DNA of 62,922 bases, the filler included, from Octopus bimaculoides (lineage: Eukaryota): NCBI RefSeq assembly GCF_001194135.2. It is 3 parts of 3 records of this genome, joined end to end, with 100 filler letters (N's around TTAATTAATTAA, not from the genome) between each part and the next. Parts side by side here need not be neighbours in the genome. Positions count along the whole stretch, not along the records: positions 28,711 to 49,497 come from NC_068987.1; 2 more parts are not named here. The stretch is one strand, 5' to 3'. Of the stretch, positions 28,711 through 41,722 are shown in pieces. A program made the position numbers and the translations under genes. How positions within the stretch are numbered: position 1 is the first letter of the stretch; each line of letters opens with the position of its first letter. A model generated the notes under the pieces. The model was not told the origin of the DNA, ran no database searches, and worked only from the letters and a program-made list of their open reading frames with translations.

Positions 28711-29060
28711 GGGCGGTGAGGATAGTGGTGAAGGGATATCCACGTAGGATGAAGTGGCGAACCATGAGTTGAGACTGAGTCTCAAAGTCATTATCGTCAC
28801 TACAGAGCTTGCGTAGACGGAGGAATTGGGAATAGGGGATGGAAATCTTGGTGTGTTTAGGGTAGGAGGAGGAAAAGTTGAGGTATGAGTGTGAGTGTGT
28901 GTGTTTGTAGTGGATGGAAGTGGTGAGAGTGGAGTGATGAATGCTGAGTGAAATGTCAAGAAATGATTCAGGGGTGTCAGAGATAGTGCAGGAGAAGTGG
29001 GGGGCAGGATAGAAAGATTTGACAAAAGAGAGGAATGAGTCTAGATGTTCACGGGAGACT
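28711..29060 (-). mobile_element. Penelope-like element RT C-terminal/thumb fragment, open frame
   Basis: Stop-free reading SREHLDSFLSFV...FLDISL..TTSIHYKHTHSHSYLNFSSSYPKHTKISIPYSQFLRLRKLCSDD..F..RGYP, typical PLE RT motifs. Bounded by gaps. Missed by the ORF track because it has no start codon. Confidence 0.85.
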
Positions 29061-29289
29061 GATATATANNNNNNNNNNNNNNNNNNNNNNNNNNNNNNNN
29101 NNNNNNNNNNNNNNNNNNNNNNNNNNNNNNNNNNNNNNNNNNNNNNNNNNNNNNNNNNNNNNNNNNNNNNNNNNNNNNNNNNNNNNNNNNNNNNNNNNNN
29201 NNNNNNNNNNNNNNNNNNNNNNNNNNNNNNNNNNNNNNNNNNNNNNNNNNNNNNNNNNNNNNNNNNNNNNNNNNNNNNNNGTGTGTGTA

Positions 29290-29325
<36 letters not shown>

Positions 29326-29974
29326 CATGTATGTATGTATGTATGTATAGAAGATATCAATCAAGACATGTTCATTCAAATGTGCCAGCCTTCATTTTTG
29401 GCGTAAAAAAATATAGTCACATGATATCAACGCTCGGACGTAGTGGGGAACCCACAGAAATTTAATACTGATCATGAGGTCTTCTACAACATTTGACAAA
29501 TAAAATTCAGACATCTTTGAATGTTGAATAGAATTTTTAGTCTGATTAGCAACGGAAAGGTGAAAGATATCGTGTTGAAGAAACACACGTGTCATCGATT
29601 GAGCCCGAAAAGCCTAGGCACCGAGATTATCTACCTTAGCCATCAAGTGAAGGTAATTGTGTACTTAAAATTAGAGCGTCCCGCCTGCTGGATGAATTTC
29701 CCAGTGGATTGATGCGGATTCTCGTGAATTACCTTCTTCAGTTGATTCTCATTGAGGAGAACACGACGGCCCGAACGCAGAGTCTGTAAGGTCAAATTAT
29801 CCCCCATTGAAGCAAGGAAACCATTTCTGAGAAGTTTCTTATTTATTTATTTATTTATTTTAATATTAGGGACCTAGATTTTAAGCGTAGAGAAGCAGGA
29901 GTAGCAAATGCTAGTTTTTTTCTTCTTCTTGGCACTCTATATGTCGCAAAAAAGCTAAAGTATACTAACAATTA

Positions 29975-30186
29975 CAAGAAGAAGAAGAAGGAGGAGGAGG
30001 AGAAGGAGGAGGAGGAGTAGGAGAAGGAGAAGAAGGAGGAGGAGGAGGAGGAGAAGAAGAAGGAGGAAGAGGAGGAGGAGAAGAAGAAGAAAAAGAAGAA
30101 GATGATGATGATGATAATGATGATGATGATGAAGAAAAGAAGAAGAAAAACAAGAAGAAGAAGAAGAAGAAGAAGGAGAAGAAGAA

Positions 30187-30218
<32 letters not shown>

Positions 30219-30570
30219 AGAACAAAAACAACAACAAATAAGAAAGAGGATAATAGCAATAATAAGAAGACGAGGAAGAAGAAGAGATGAAGAAGTGTAC
30301 GAAGTGGAGGAAGTGGAGAAGAGAGGGAGAGAAAGGAATGAAGATGAAGAGGGTGAGTTGAGAGAGGGAAGTGGGAGTAGAGGGGAATGTCGGGGAAGAA
30401 GGGAAAGAAGTGAAAGAGGGGAAGAGGTGAAGGGGGAAAGAAAGTAAGGAGAGGAAGGGAAGGAAAAAGGAGAAAGGAGAGGAAGGGGAGGAAAAGGAGA
30501 AGAAGGAAATAAAACGTGAAAGAAGAGGAGGAATACGAAAGAGAGGGAAAAGGAGAAACAGGAGGTGAAG
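29975..30570. repeat. About 600-bp polypurine (GAA/GGA) low-complexity tract
   Basis: The plus strand is almost purely A/G, with embedded (GAT)n. Confidence 0.95.
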
Positions 30571-30648
30571 TTCTTATAGAACACATGTTTTATATATATA
30601 TATATATATATACATACATACATATATATATATATATGTATATATATT

Positions 30649-30690
<42 letters not shown>

Positions 30691-31110
30691 NNNNNNNNNN
30701 NNNNNNNNNNNNNNNNNNNNNNNNNNNNNNNNNNNNNNNNNNNNNNNNNNNNNNNNNNNNNNNNNNNNNNNNNNNNNNNNNNNNNNNNNNNNNNNNNNNN
30801 NNNNNNNNNNNNNNNNNNNNNNNNNNNNNNNNNNNNNNNNNNNNNNNNNNNNNNNNNNNNNNNNNNNNNNNNNNNNNNNNNNNNNNNNNNNNNNNNNNNN
30901 NNNNNNNNNNNNNNNNNNNNNNNNNNNNNNNNNNNNNNNNNNNNNNNNNNNNNNNNNNNNNNNNNNNNNNNNNNNNNNNNNNNNNNNNNNNNNNNNNNNN
31001 NNNNNNNNNNNNNNNNNNNNNNNNNNNNNNNNNNNNNNNNNNNNNNNNNNNNNNNNNNNNNNNNNNNNNNNNNNNNNNNNNNNNNNNNNNNNNNNNNNNN
31101 NTATATATGC

Positions 31111-31143
<33 letters not shown>

Positions 31144-31367
31144 CACACATAAACACTTGCTTAATGTCTGTCTATGTATGTGTGTGTATATGTATTTATG
31201 AATCTATCAAAATATCAGTCTTTTTGCCTTTATATACATATAGACCCAAACATTCACTCACACAAACACTCCATACACATACACATACATACCACACACA
31301 TACGCGCACGAACACAGACGCACAAATACACACAAACATACACACCCTCACACATAGACATATCCGT

Positions 31368-31412
<45 letters not shown>

Positions 31413-32099
31413 GTGCGCATGTATATATTCTATCTGTCCGTTAGTCAGGAAGCCAGTTGGCAGTTGTGCCATCCTATCAACTCTTATGCCCTTTTCCCCC
31501 TCTTATTCTCGCAGTTCTTCCTTCTGGCCCTTCCACCTTCTATCTAACACCCCTACAATCCCCTCAAAACCAAAACTAAACGCCTCACTGCACTCCTATA
31601 AATCAATTATCACACACAACACATGACATATCAACCTCATCACAAACTACATTCTCTTCCTCCATCGCTAACGTTCCACCTTTCTCTCCATTTTCCTGTT
31701 TTTTTTTTTTTCATCCATCCTAGAGATGTCCCCAGTTTCACTGACTTCACCTCGATGCTCGCCAGGCCCCAGCCTATATCTGTGGAGAATGACATCCAGT
31801 CTCACGTCCTTCTATTTCCTTCATCTACATCATCAAAACACTCTTATCACTATTTGTATCATTTCCCATCCTTTTACCCCTCTCTCTATATTCTTCTCAA
31901 CTCTATTTCTATTTCTTTCACACCAACACCGCATCTCCCTCGGCTTAAGTTTTCTGCATACATTCTCAATGATTTCACTCCCTCTTTCTCTCGCTTTCCT
32001 TCTCTCTCTTTCTCTCCCTTTCACTCCCTCTCTCATCTCTGCTGTATGTTTTTATTCATGTATGCAGTTATCTATAATTGCATATCTCACTGAACCCCA

Positions 32100-32305
32100 C
32101 CCATATATGTACGTACGTACGTACGTATGTATGTATGTATGTATGTATGTATGTATGTATGCATGTATGTATGTGCCCGTCTGTCTGTCTGTATGTATAT
32201 GTCTGTATACATGCATGTATGTACGCATACACATATCTTTGTATGTATGTACGTATGTATGTATGTACGTATGTATGTATGTATGCATGCATGCACATAT
32301 ATATG

Positions 32306-32339
<34 letters not shown>

Positions 32340-32433
32340 TGTATGTATGCAAGCACATATGTATATATGTATATATGTATGTATGCAAGCGCATATGTGT
32401 GTACGTTTATACGTATGCATGTATGTATGCTTG

Positions 32434-32501
<68 letters not shown>
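32100..32501. repeat. Compound (TATG)n/(TA)n microsatellite
   Basis: Directly visible. It represents dozens of (CA)n, (TA)n, (TATC)n, (AG)n, (ACTC)n (45175-45292), (AGT)n (61435-61485) and (CTA)n (56446-56485) tracts. Confidence 0.95.
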
Positions 32502-32502
<1 letters not shown>

Positions 32503-32705
32503 GCATGGTGTTTGTATGCATCTGCGTTTTCATGCATATACACACTCATACACACATTCAAATATTATATATTTATATTACCCTTTTCCATTCCGTTAAT
32601 ATCTCATACCTCTCATGTTCTCGCTTTTAATGACCACCTCTGTCTCTTCCTTACTTTTCACGCAATCGATTCTTCTCTCTAACACGATCCCTCCCTTTCT
32701 TTCCT

Positions 32706-32752
<47 letters not shown>

Positions 32753-35427
32753 CGCTCCTTCCTAAATATTTAATAATTTTCTTTCACTCTTTCTAAAATC
32801 CGCTTCAATCAGCTTTCTCTCTTCCTCCTACTTTCTCTTTTTATGCACATATAAACATACGCACACACTCACACACGCACACACACACACACACCCACAC
32901 ACACGCACACACATACACAATCATTCACACACACACACACACACGCGTAACCACGGATAGACGCATCCATGTATAAATGTCTTTTAGCCATCACAGTTTT
33001 CCCTTATACATATTTCATTTGACTATCATCTTTTCCACCTACCTCTCAGCCCCGCCTATCCAACCATCACCCCTATCATCCCCCCCATCACCACCACCGG
33101 ACATGTTCCGGTTATCATTTGAAGAGCTGACGCCGTTTGGACAAGTTCCTCCACTATAATTACCCATCAGGCTATAATCAAACAACATTTTCAAACATCG
33201 CTAATCAATTTAGGCCCACACCATTTTCACCACATCCTAAACATGGGGCCGGAGGGGGAAAGTACGCATTAAGGAATCCTTTTGTGTTCCTTTAGGGGTC
33301 ATTAGCCTAGCACTTTTGTTTCATAATTAATTGACCCTTAGAAATAACAAGAAAAATGGGGAGGCGGATTTTCGTGAAATATCAGAAAAAAGTTGGTTGC
33401 TGGGGACGTTAAATAACTGTCGCATGATATATTCTCAAAGGTTAAAGTTGAATTATGATAACTGCTCATGGTGAGCATGATGTCCCTGATATTCACATCG
33501 CTAATAATGATGATGATGATGATGATGACGACGATGATGACGACCATGACGACGACTATAATGATGATGATAAGGAGGATGTTGGTGATGATAATGATGA
33601 TGATGATGTAATTAATGCACACATGCAAGTGTGCCTGGCACGAATAAACTCACAGAAAGATCCAGGCGCAGGCACAGATGCATATAAGTACGTATGTAAA
33701 TATGTACGTATATATATATATATATATATATATNNNNNNNNNNNNNNNNNNNNNNNNNNNNNNNNNNNNNNNNNNNNNNNNNNNNNNNNNNNNNNNNNNN
33801 NNNNNNNNNNNNNNNNNNNNNNNNNNNNNNNNNNNNNNNNNNNNNNNNNNNNNNNNNNNNNNNNNNNNNNNNNNNNNNNNNNNNNNNNNNNNNNNNNNNN
33901 NNNNNNNNNNNNNNNNNNNNNNNNNNNNNNNNNNNNNNNNNNNNNNNNNNNNNNNNNNNNNNNNNNNNNNNNNNNNNNNNNNNNNNNNNNNATATATATA
34001 TATATATATACGAACAAGTGCTCACATATACATATACACACGCCTACATACTTACTAAACACATCCATAAGATGTGTGTGCATATATGTGTGTATGTGCA
34101 TAAGTATTTGTGTACGTGTGTGTGTATCTCTTGAGATGCACACATAATCACCACCAAAAAGTGCGCATACATAAAACCGTACGTTTGCATTCGTCGATTA
34201 TAATATGTGTATGTTTGTGAGTACGTTTGTATGCGCGTACACACACACACGCGCACACATCCACATACACACAGAGACACACACATATATATATATAATA
34301 CATATAAAATATATCTATATATGTATAGTTAGCTAAATTGATCTATCTATCTATTAAGTATATGTGTATGTTGATGTGTGTGAGATAGTGGGTGAGAAAA
34401 AGAGAGAGAGAAGTGTGCGCCAAATCCTGTCAGAGGTCTATAATTATGTTATTATCCAGGGTCGTCTTTGTTGGCGAGATTTAACGAGTCCATTCTCTGT
34501 AATGTTGGTTATCGTTTTGTTCTGTTGATGGTAATTTCTTGCTTTAATGAAGGCAGGGTTAAAACCAGCACCCAACATACTCATTTGTAACTTTTCGGTC
34601 AGTCTGTAGCACCACCAGCAATCTACCAAATGTCTATGTAATTCGTAAAACTTAGGGCTTGTATGTGTCATCTTCGTTGAAATCATTACTTTGCCGTTCT
34701 TCTTTTTCCGCCCTCTATTCCAAGCGTAAATATTAGGTCCCTCTTTTACTATTTCTTCCTTTTACCTACCCTCTAGCACAATTCTATTGATGTGGGAAAT
34801 TTGGATTAGCCCACCAACCCTTATTATCTGCCTCTCCTTGCTATTTTCTTTTTTTATTTTATTTTATCAGATATATTATTGTCATGAACAATTTTTAGAT
34901 TTTTGTGTTTAGATATTCATATGCACAACGAAACATCTAGGGCGCATTCCTTACAGTTTGACATTTGAGTTCAAAAAGTTCTAAGTAGATATATGGTAGA
35001 CTGTATTCCTCAACAAATATCCCACTCTTATCTGTAATGAAAGTATCAGGGTGCGGGGTTTACTCTCCAAATCTCTGCCTGTTAGTGACATGGCTCTAAT
35101 CCACCGAGGGATTTTTTTCACAGAGAACAATAATCTTTTGCCACAAAGAGACTTAAATCTCGAATGAAGGTAAGAATATAATTCCAATGGAGTTTTCGTC
35201 ATTCTTAGTTTCTTCAAACTTGTGTCCTACTTTTCTCGATTTATTTGGTAGAATTCTAAATCGAAATACTGGGTATAATAAATATTTGCAAATTCTTCAT
35301 ACAGCTATTAACTAGCGCGCACATAACAATATCCTTTACTTAGGATGGCACTAAATAGTGTGAAAAATCGAAATGCAACTTGCATAGAGTGTCTATTTAA
35401 CAATGTTACTATTACTTTTGTTACTAT

Positions 35428-35816
35428 TGGCGCGGTGAGATGGCAGAAACGTTAGCGCGCCGGGCGAAATGCTTATCGGTATTTCGTCTGCCGTTACGTT
35501 CTGAGTTCAAATTCCGCCGAGGTCGACTTTGCCTTTCATCCCTTCGGGGTCGATATATTAAATACTGGAGTCGATGTGATCGACTTAATCCCTTTGTTTG
35601 TCCCCTCTATGTTTAGCCCTTTGTGGGCAATAAAGAAATAAGAAACGTTAGCACGCCGGGCAAAATGCTTGGCAGAGTTCAAATTCCGCCGAGGTCGGCT
35701 TTGCCTTTCATCCCTTCGAGGTCGATAAATTAAATACAAGTTGAGTACTGGGTCGATGTAATCGACTGGCCTCTCCCTAAACATTTCGGGCCTTGTGCCT
35801 AGAGTAGAACAGAATA
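35428..35816 (+). mobile_element. SINE family A, two tandem CpG-intact copies with different tails
   Basis: Head TGGCAGAAACGTTAGC, B box GTTCAAATTCC, core GGTCGACTTTGCCTTTCATCC.TTCGGGGTCGAT. Other copies: 1812-1995 (+), 7431-7665 (-), 13357-13460 (+), 13608-13822 (+), 18288-18497 (+), 22040-22270 (-). Confidence 0.9.
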
Positions 35817-36325
35817 TTATTATGTAGGTACAATTTAGATAAGATCTACAAGGCACATGACTTAATGGATAGAATGAGGGCTCAGTATCATAAGTTTGTA
35901 GTTTCAATTACTTCCCTGGACGGCATGTTGCACTCTTGAGGAAGATACTTCCTTCCGCGTTGATCCATTTCGCGTCAATGTAATGAGTACCAGCCGGATG
36001 TTGAGATTTATCTCTCTCTCTTTTTAGTTGGCAGAGTCGGTACGTCCTAGTGTGTTAAGAATGTGGCTCCGTGATGCGTATGTCATTTCACAATTACGCA
36101 GGCACCTAAAACAATTAGTGAAAGCATGGTACTTGATACCAACTAAACCGTACTCTATTATAAGTGGGTCATAGCTGTGTTTACAAGGCACGAAGGTAGT
36201 CTCTTATAAAATTAACTATGACATGATTTGTCCTCCTGGATTCTCAATGCCCCTGCTTAACTGAGATCTTTACTACACAATGCGATGCACTATGATGAAT
36301 CTTATGCCGTGTAGTATAACAATCT

Positions 36326-36358
<33 letters not shown>

Positions 36359-37469
36359 NNNNNNNNNNNNNNNNNNNNNNNNNNNNNNNNNNNNNNNNNN
36401 NNNNNNNNNNNNNNNNNNNNNNNNNNNNNNNNNNNNNNNNNNNNNNNTATATATATATATATATATATATTAATCATTATATAGACCAGTCTATTTTTCT
36501 ACGCCGGTATATTCTGAAAGAAGCCACACACAGTGTACATATAGTCAACACGCTACCGTTGCTGTTACTGTACACATATCAGTGCTGATGTTCAGCGTTG
36601 CACTGTGCTGGGCTAATCGTCATTGATATTCAAGTTACCTGTGTTTGTGTTATTTGTATGTATCTGCCTGGATTGAATGGGATATTGCTTTTAGGATGCT
36701 GCTAAACGAGAATTCTCGAGATGCTTTGCAGTTCAATTCTGGTATCTATGTATTAAATGCAGAATATTGTGTATGATATGAGATCTACTTTATGATATAA
36801 CCCTACGCTACCTGATCGATCGAATTATTGCGATACAAATGCCATGTGCAATTACAATGAATAGCTTAACAAAGTGCCTTTTAGGCAAAATTTCTATAGT
36901 AACAGTTTAAAATTGTTTGCGATTCTTAACGATATAAGGCTTACTTTTATGTGTAAAATGTTGAGATTTTAAAAAGATTCCTGCGTGTAACTGACATTCA
37001 GCAGGTAGATAATGATGGAACATCATTCCTTGTCACTCTTCTTTTTGTCCCTGTCATAGCCATTATTTCTGGCAATAGTGTGTAAATGATGTGTGAGAAT
37101 TTGACGAAAATTCTTTAGGATTTTCAAAATATTTGTGAATTGAAGAATTATCATGACAGACATACTTTTAGAAATAAACATTACTCTTTGAGGAACTAAC
37201 ATCGGTTGACCTGCATTCAAATCTTAAACAGCTGTCATTTTCTGGCACGTGATATTAAAAATGAGCAAACCGGTATATACCTCCAAATCTTTTTATGAGA
37301 ATGTAAACTTTGAGAGAAATTTGGCTCTAAATTACTGGAGTTTGGACGATAGAGTAGTGACTTCTTCGTTGGGTCAAGATAATGCGCCAAAATATAAAGG
37401 AAATGGTATTTTATTTGCTGAGTTTCTAAGAAGGGGCAATGCTCATGACGTCTCCAATCCATCCGAAAC

Positions 37470-37713
37470 TACTGAATTCGAGATTGTTAATGTTCTCTTT
37501 AAAATGCTAAAAAGACATGAGCTGGTAGAAGATTCCAGAGAGCTGATGTTCTAGAAACGAAAGCGTTGTCAAGGCGGATAGTGTGATGCCCGCGTAGTGT
37601 TGGATGTGACAAAGGTGACGAGAGTTGGGCAGACAAGAGGTTCGTGATACTTGAATGGTAGAGTTACGTTGCCATTCAGTACAAGAGGAACAGAGGTAGT
37701 TTTACAGCGATAA

Positions 37714-37715
<2 letters not shown>
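37470..37715 (-). mobile_element. Decayed 3' end of a Jockey/CR1-group LINE
   Basis: Minus-strand RTSALWNLLPAHVF..FKENIN matches the typical LINE ORF2 C-terminus. Frameshifted. Confidence 0.55.
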
Positions 37716-37793
<78 letters not shown>

Positions 37794-38440
37794 AAAAAGT
37801 ATCTGCCAGTGGCTTAATTCCAATCAGTTGATTTTCTCTTCTCTGGATGAGGTCCATGATGTCTATTTGCGTATAAGCAGTGCCGTCCAAACAAAGAAGT
37901 GTTATTCTACTGTGGCATTCATATGAACTTTTTTAAGTCGTTAACTGTAGCAGAGAGAGAGAAGCCTTCATTGGGTTGTCATTTATTGTATAGGAATTTC
38001 AACCATGTTTCGTGGTCTGCTACCACAACAGCTCCTTTATAGGATCCAGTTAGCTCAAGACATCATCAGGAGGAACCACGTCCGGTTTCGACCCCTACTC
38101 CTCTACCGTTTTGACGTGGCGGGGCCACCCCTTTTCAGAGGTGTCTTCAGCTCTGGTGTTGGGTGCATGTGTTCTTTCACTGTTTGTGACTGTTCTAATT
38201 CAACTGTGGGATGTCCCTCGCTATGGTTATTTTCCAGGAGGTTCTGGCCACACGTCTTACGGTTCATCAACTCGCGTTGTTGAATTATTTTCATCCGACA
38301 TACCTTCCCTTGGTGGATTAGGATCCAGTTAGCTCAATACATCATCAGGGGGAACCACGTCCAGTTTCGGCCACTACTCCTCTACCTAATACAGTACAAT
38401 TCATTTATTGTGCTGCATAACAATCTGAAATACCTTCCTG

Positions 38441-38600
38441 TCATTTCAGCCATATAACCGCACACGTGCTTTTCTCCAACTATTCTTTTCCTCCACTCCA
38501 GACTTTTCCGCTTTCCTCTTCGTCAGACGAAGAGCTATGCTCGAAATATCACACACAACCTCTTATTTCCATCTTTAACCGAGCATCAACCTAAAACATT
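38441..38600 (+). mobile_element. PLE pseudo-LTR fragment with decayed hammerhead
   Basis: CAGACGA-A-GAGC-TAT-GCTC-GAAA-TATC at 38524-38550. Homologous by eye to the minus-strand fragment at 4870-5045. Confidence 0.55.
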
Positions 38601-39186
38601 TTGACTTTTGTTGATTGTATTTGCTTTTATTTTCGATTTACCTGATATATCTATTGTTATCACACAGAAGACATCTAAGTATAATTTCTATACGTATTAC
38701 GGCTATTAGAACAAGATTAATCATCCAGTTTTATGTAATATATTATTTATGTAATATATTATTGAATGATTCAATCGTGTATCATATTTATTTTTTTTAA
38801 AGAATCTTTTCATCTGATAGTCGAATTCTTACTCAAATATTCAACCATTTGTTAAACTTTAAAAAGTCATATTATCCATTGTCTGATATTATTTTAACTG
38901 CATATATCATTCTAGTCTGGCTGTTTAATGGTCCATAAATTATATGCTGATAGCTCTTTGCCTATTGTTTGTCATGTGAAGACGTCTCGGAATTGTTTAA
39001 TTTACAGACAATTCATATATTTTACACCAATAAATATACATTTTATTTGTAATTCTACTTAGCGAGTCATTTACTATCACTTCGGTAATGTACAATTTTA
39101 CGAATGATATGGGGGAAATATTCTAGGGACACTTTCTGCATCAGAAAATATCCTCAGTTAAATGGGGATTGTCATATTGTATTCTG

Positions 39187-39235
<49 letters not shown>

Positions 39236-39617
39236 TTCTCGAACGGTGATTTCGGACGGTTACAGTCCTTTTCAGTATCTATGCATACAATTATGTGTTT
39301 TGACTACAGCATTAGAGTATTTCAGGTCTTAGTTCTAGCAAGGTAGGAGTTTCTAACATCTTAGTCACATTTAGTGAGGATTATAGTTTTCCTTTTTGGT
39401 GAAACATTGTCAACTGCTGTCTACATTAATTTTCTCTCTCTCCCTCTCTCTCTCTGGAAGCGAACACATTTCTCCATGTGATCGGTTTGAAAAATTGTTA
39501 AGATACTTGGATATTTTCCTACTCTTCTGAACATAAAACCAATGGTAGCCTTAATTCACAAATAAAGAAATTATTTATCCACCAATGCGATGTGGAGCAC
39601 TCATTCGAACATTCTAC

Positions 39618-39668
<51 letters not shown>

Positions 39669-39815
39669 CACACACACACACAATTATGGGGTTTAGTTCA
39701 CAGGTGATCAAAAACGATCAGGTACGCTAGGTAAGCGCTGTAACGAGTTACTAGACCTCCAAGTTATAGCCGAGACGGTAGTTATGGAGCCATTGCAGAT
39801 TCCCGATAGAGCGGA

Positions 39816-39948
39816 TATATAATTGTTAAAGAGGACAACAAACATTACGGCAAGGCAAACATCTCAAGGCAAACATCAAATAATATTGTATACGACTTGA
39901 GATGTTTGCCTTGCCTTAATGTTTGTTGTACTCTTTAACAATTATATA
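39816..39948. repeat. 53-bp-arm inverted repeat, MITE-like
   Basis: 39816-39868 pairs with 39896-39948 with 2 mismatches around a 27-nt spacer, and the ends are TATA. Confidence 0.75.
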
Positions 39949-40210
39949 ATACTGATACACAGAATTAGTGCCTCATGAGTGAGACAGCGAAGTTGAACAT
40001 CAGGAAAAAGTTTGATCCTTAACATATATTATTAAAACAAGAAACTGAACAGAATGTGTATTCATGCATTTTTAATGTTATATTTGTCAACGAATTTGTA
40101 ATTAATTATTTCATATATGTATACATATATATGTATACAATTCTCATATGTATATATGTATACAATTCTCATATTTATGTACACACACGCACACACACTC
40201 ATACACACAC

Positions 40211-40255
<45 letters not shown>

Positions 40256-40774
40256 CATAGAAATGTATATATGTATGCACATGCGTATATATCTATTTCT
40301 GACAGTACATATATACGTACACATGTATGTGCATATGTGTGTACGTCGGTATTTGTCTGTGTAGTTAAGAGTACTTAGAAAATTCAAGAGAATGTTACTT
40401 ACATTGTTTTCGGAACTGAGTATCTCGAAGTAAATATCTACACTATTAAAACGGGTTGTTTTGAAAACTTATAAGGAAAGATTAAGAAGGGGTTGGAGGC
40501 AGTAGATAGGAAACGTGTTGACATAATGTTTCTGACGGTGGTGTACAAGGGGGAGGAACGATTTATGATTGTGCCTGTTGGTCGAATGAGAGACAGAACA
40601 CAAAAAAGGAAAGGGGTGTTAGTAACGCTCGAGGGGTCCAAGAAGTTCAGTACCAGTCCAGTGGCGTGTTACATTGATGTTTCCAAGGTGTGCAGTTGCT
40701 ACAAAAACGCCTGACAAAGACACACGTCTGTTCATTACGATGGCAGAATAAGTGCGGAATCAAGATTATACACT

Positions 40775-41012
40775 CTTTTACTCTTTTACTTGTTTCAGTC
40801 ATGTGAATGCGGCCATGCTGGAGCAACCGCCTTTAGTCGAACAAATCGATCCCAGGACTTATTCTTCGTAAGCCTAGTACTTAATCTATCGGTCTCATAT
40901 GCCGAACCGCTAAGTTACGGAGATGTAACACACACCAGCATCGGTTGTCAAGCGATGTTGGGGGGACAAACACAGACACACAGACATACACATACACACA
41001 CACTCACACACA

Positions 41013-41102
<90 letters not shown>

Positions 41103-41722
41103 TATACGACGGGCTTCTTTCAGTTTCCGTCCGCCAAATCCACTCACGAAGCTTTGGTCGGCCCGAGGCTATAGTAGAAGACACTTGCCCAAGGTGCCAC
41201 GCAGTGGGACTGAACACGGAACCATGTGGTTCGTAAGCAAGTTCTTTTATTCTTTTTAATTGTTTCGGCCATTTGACTGCGGCTATGCTGGAGTGCCGCC
41301 TTGAAGGGTTTTAGCTGAACAAATCGTTCTAAGGAATTATTTATTAAAGCCTAGTATTTATTCTGTCGGTCTCTTTAGTCGAACCGTTAGGTTACAGGGA
41401 CATAAACACACCAACAACGGTTGTCAAATGATGATGGGGAACAGAGACAGACATAAAGACACACACAGATCTATTCACACACACACAGAGACACAGACAT
41501 CCACATACACACAAATCTATTCACACACACACACACACACAGACACAGACATCCACATACACACTCTCACCCGCGCACACACGCACACACACAAACATAC
41601 ACATATATTTATAAATGCGTATATACGACAGGCTTCTTTAAGTTTGGTCGGCCTAAGGCTATAGTAGAAGACACTTTCCCAAGGTGCCACTCGGAGAAAA
41701 TGAACCGGGAACCATGTGGCGC
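40775..41722 (-). mobile_element. Two head-to-tail SINE family B copies
   Basis: Two complete reverse copies at 40775-41250 and 41255-41722, CpG-rich. Further copies: 43540-43740 (+), 52405-53305 (-), 58880-59010 (-), 59330-59535 (+). Confidence 0.9.

Noticed and set aside
29392-29595. NVVEDLMI peptide resembling the PLCE1 segment before VSSW
   Set aside because: It continues SIKFLW rather than RFNE and has no phase-0 donor, so it is probably chance.
34981-35330. Stop-interrupted minus-strand frame suggesting a pseudogene
   Set aside because: Could not be assigned to any family by eye. It needs BLASTX.
37249-37554. 101-aa plus-strand ORF that looks protein-like
   Set aside because: It overlaps the antisense of a decayed LINE C-terminus, has a GTG start and no recognisable domain.
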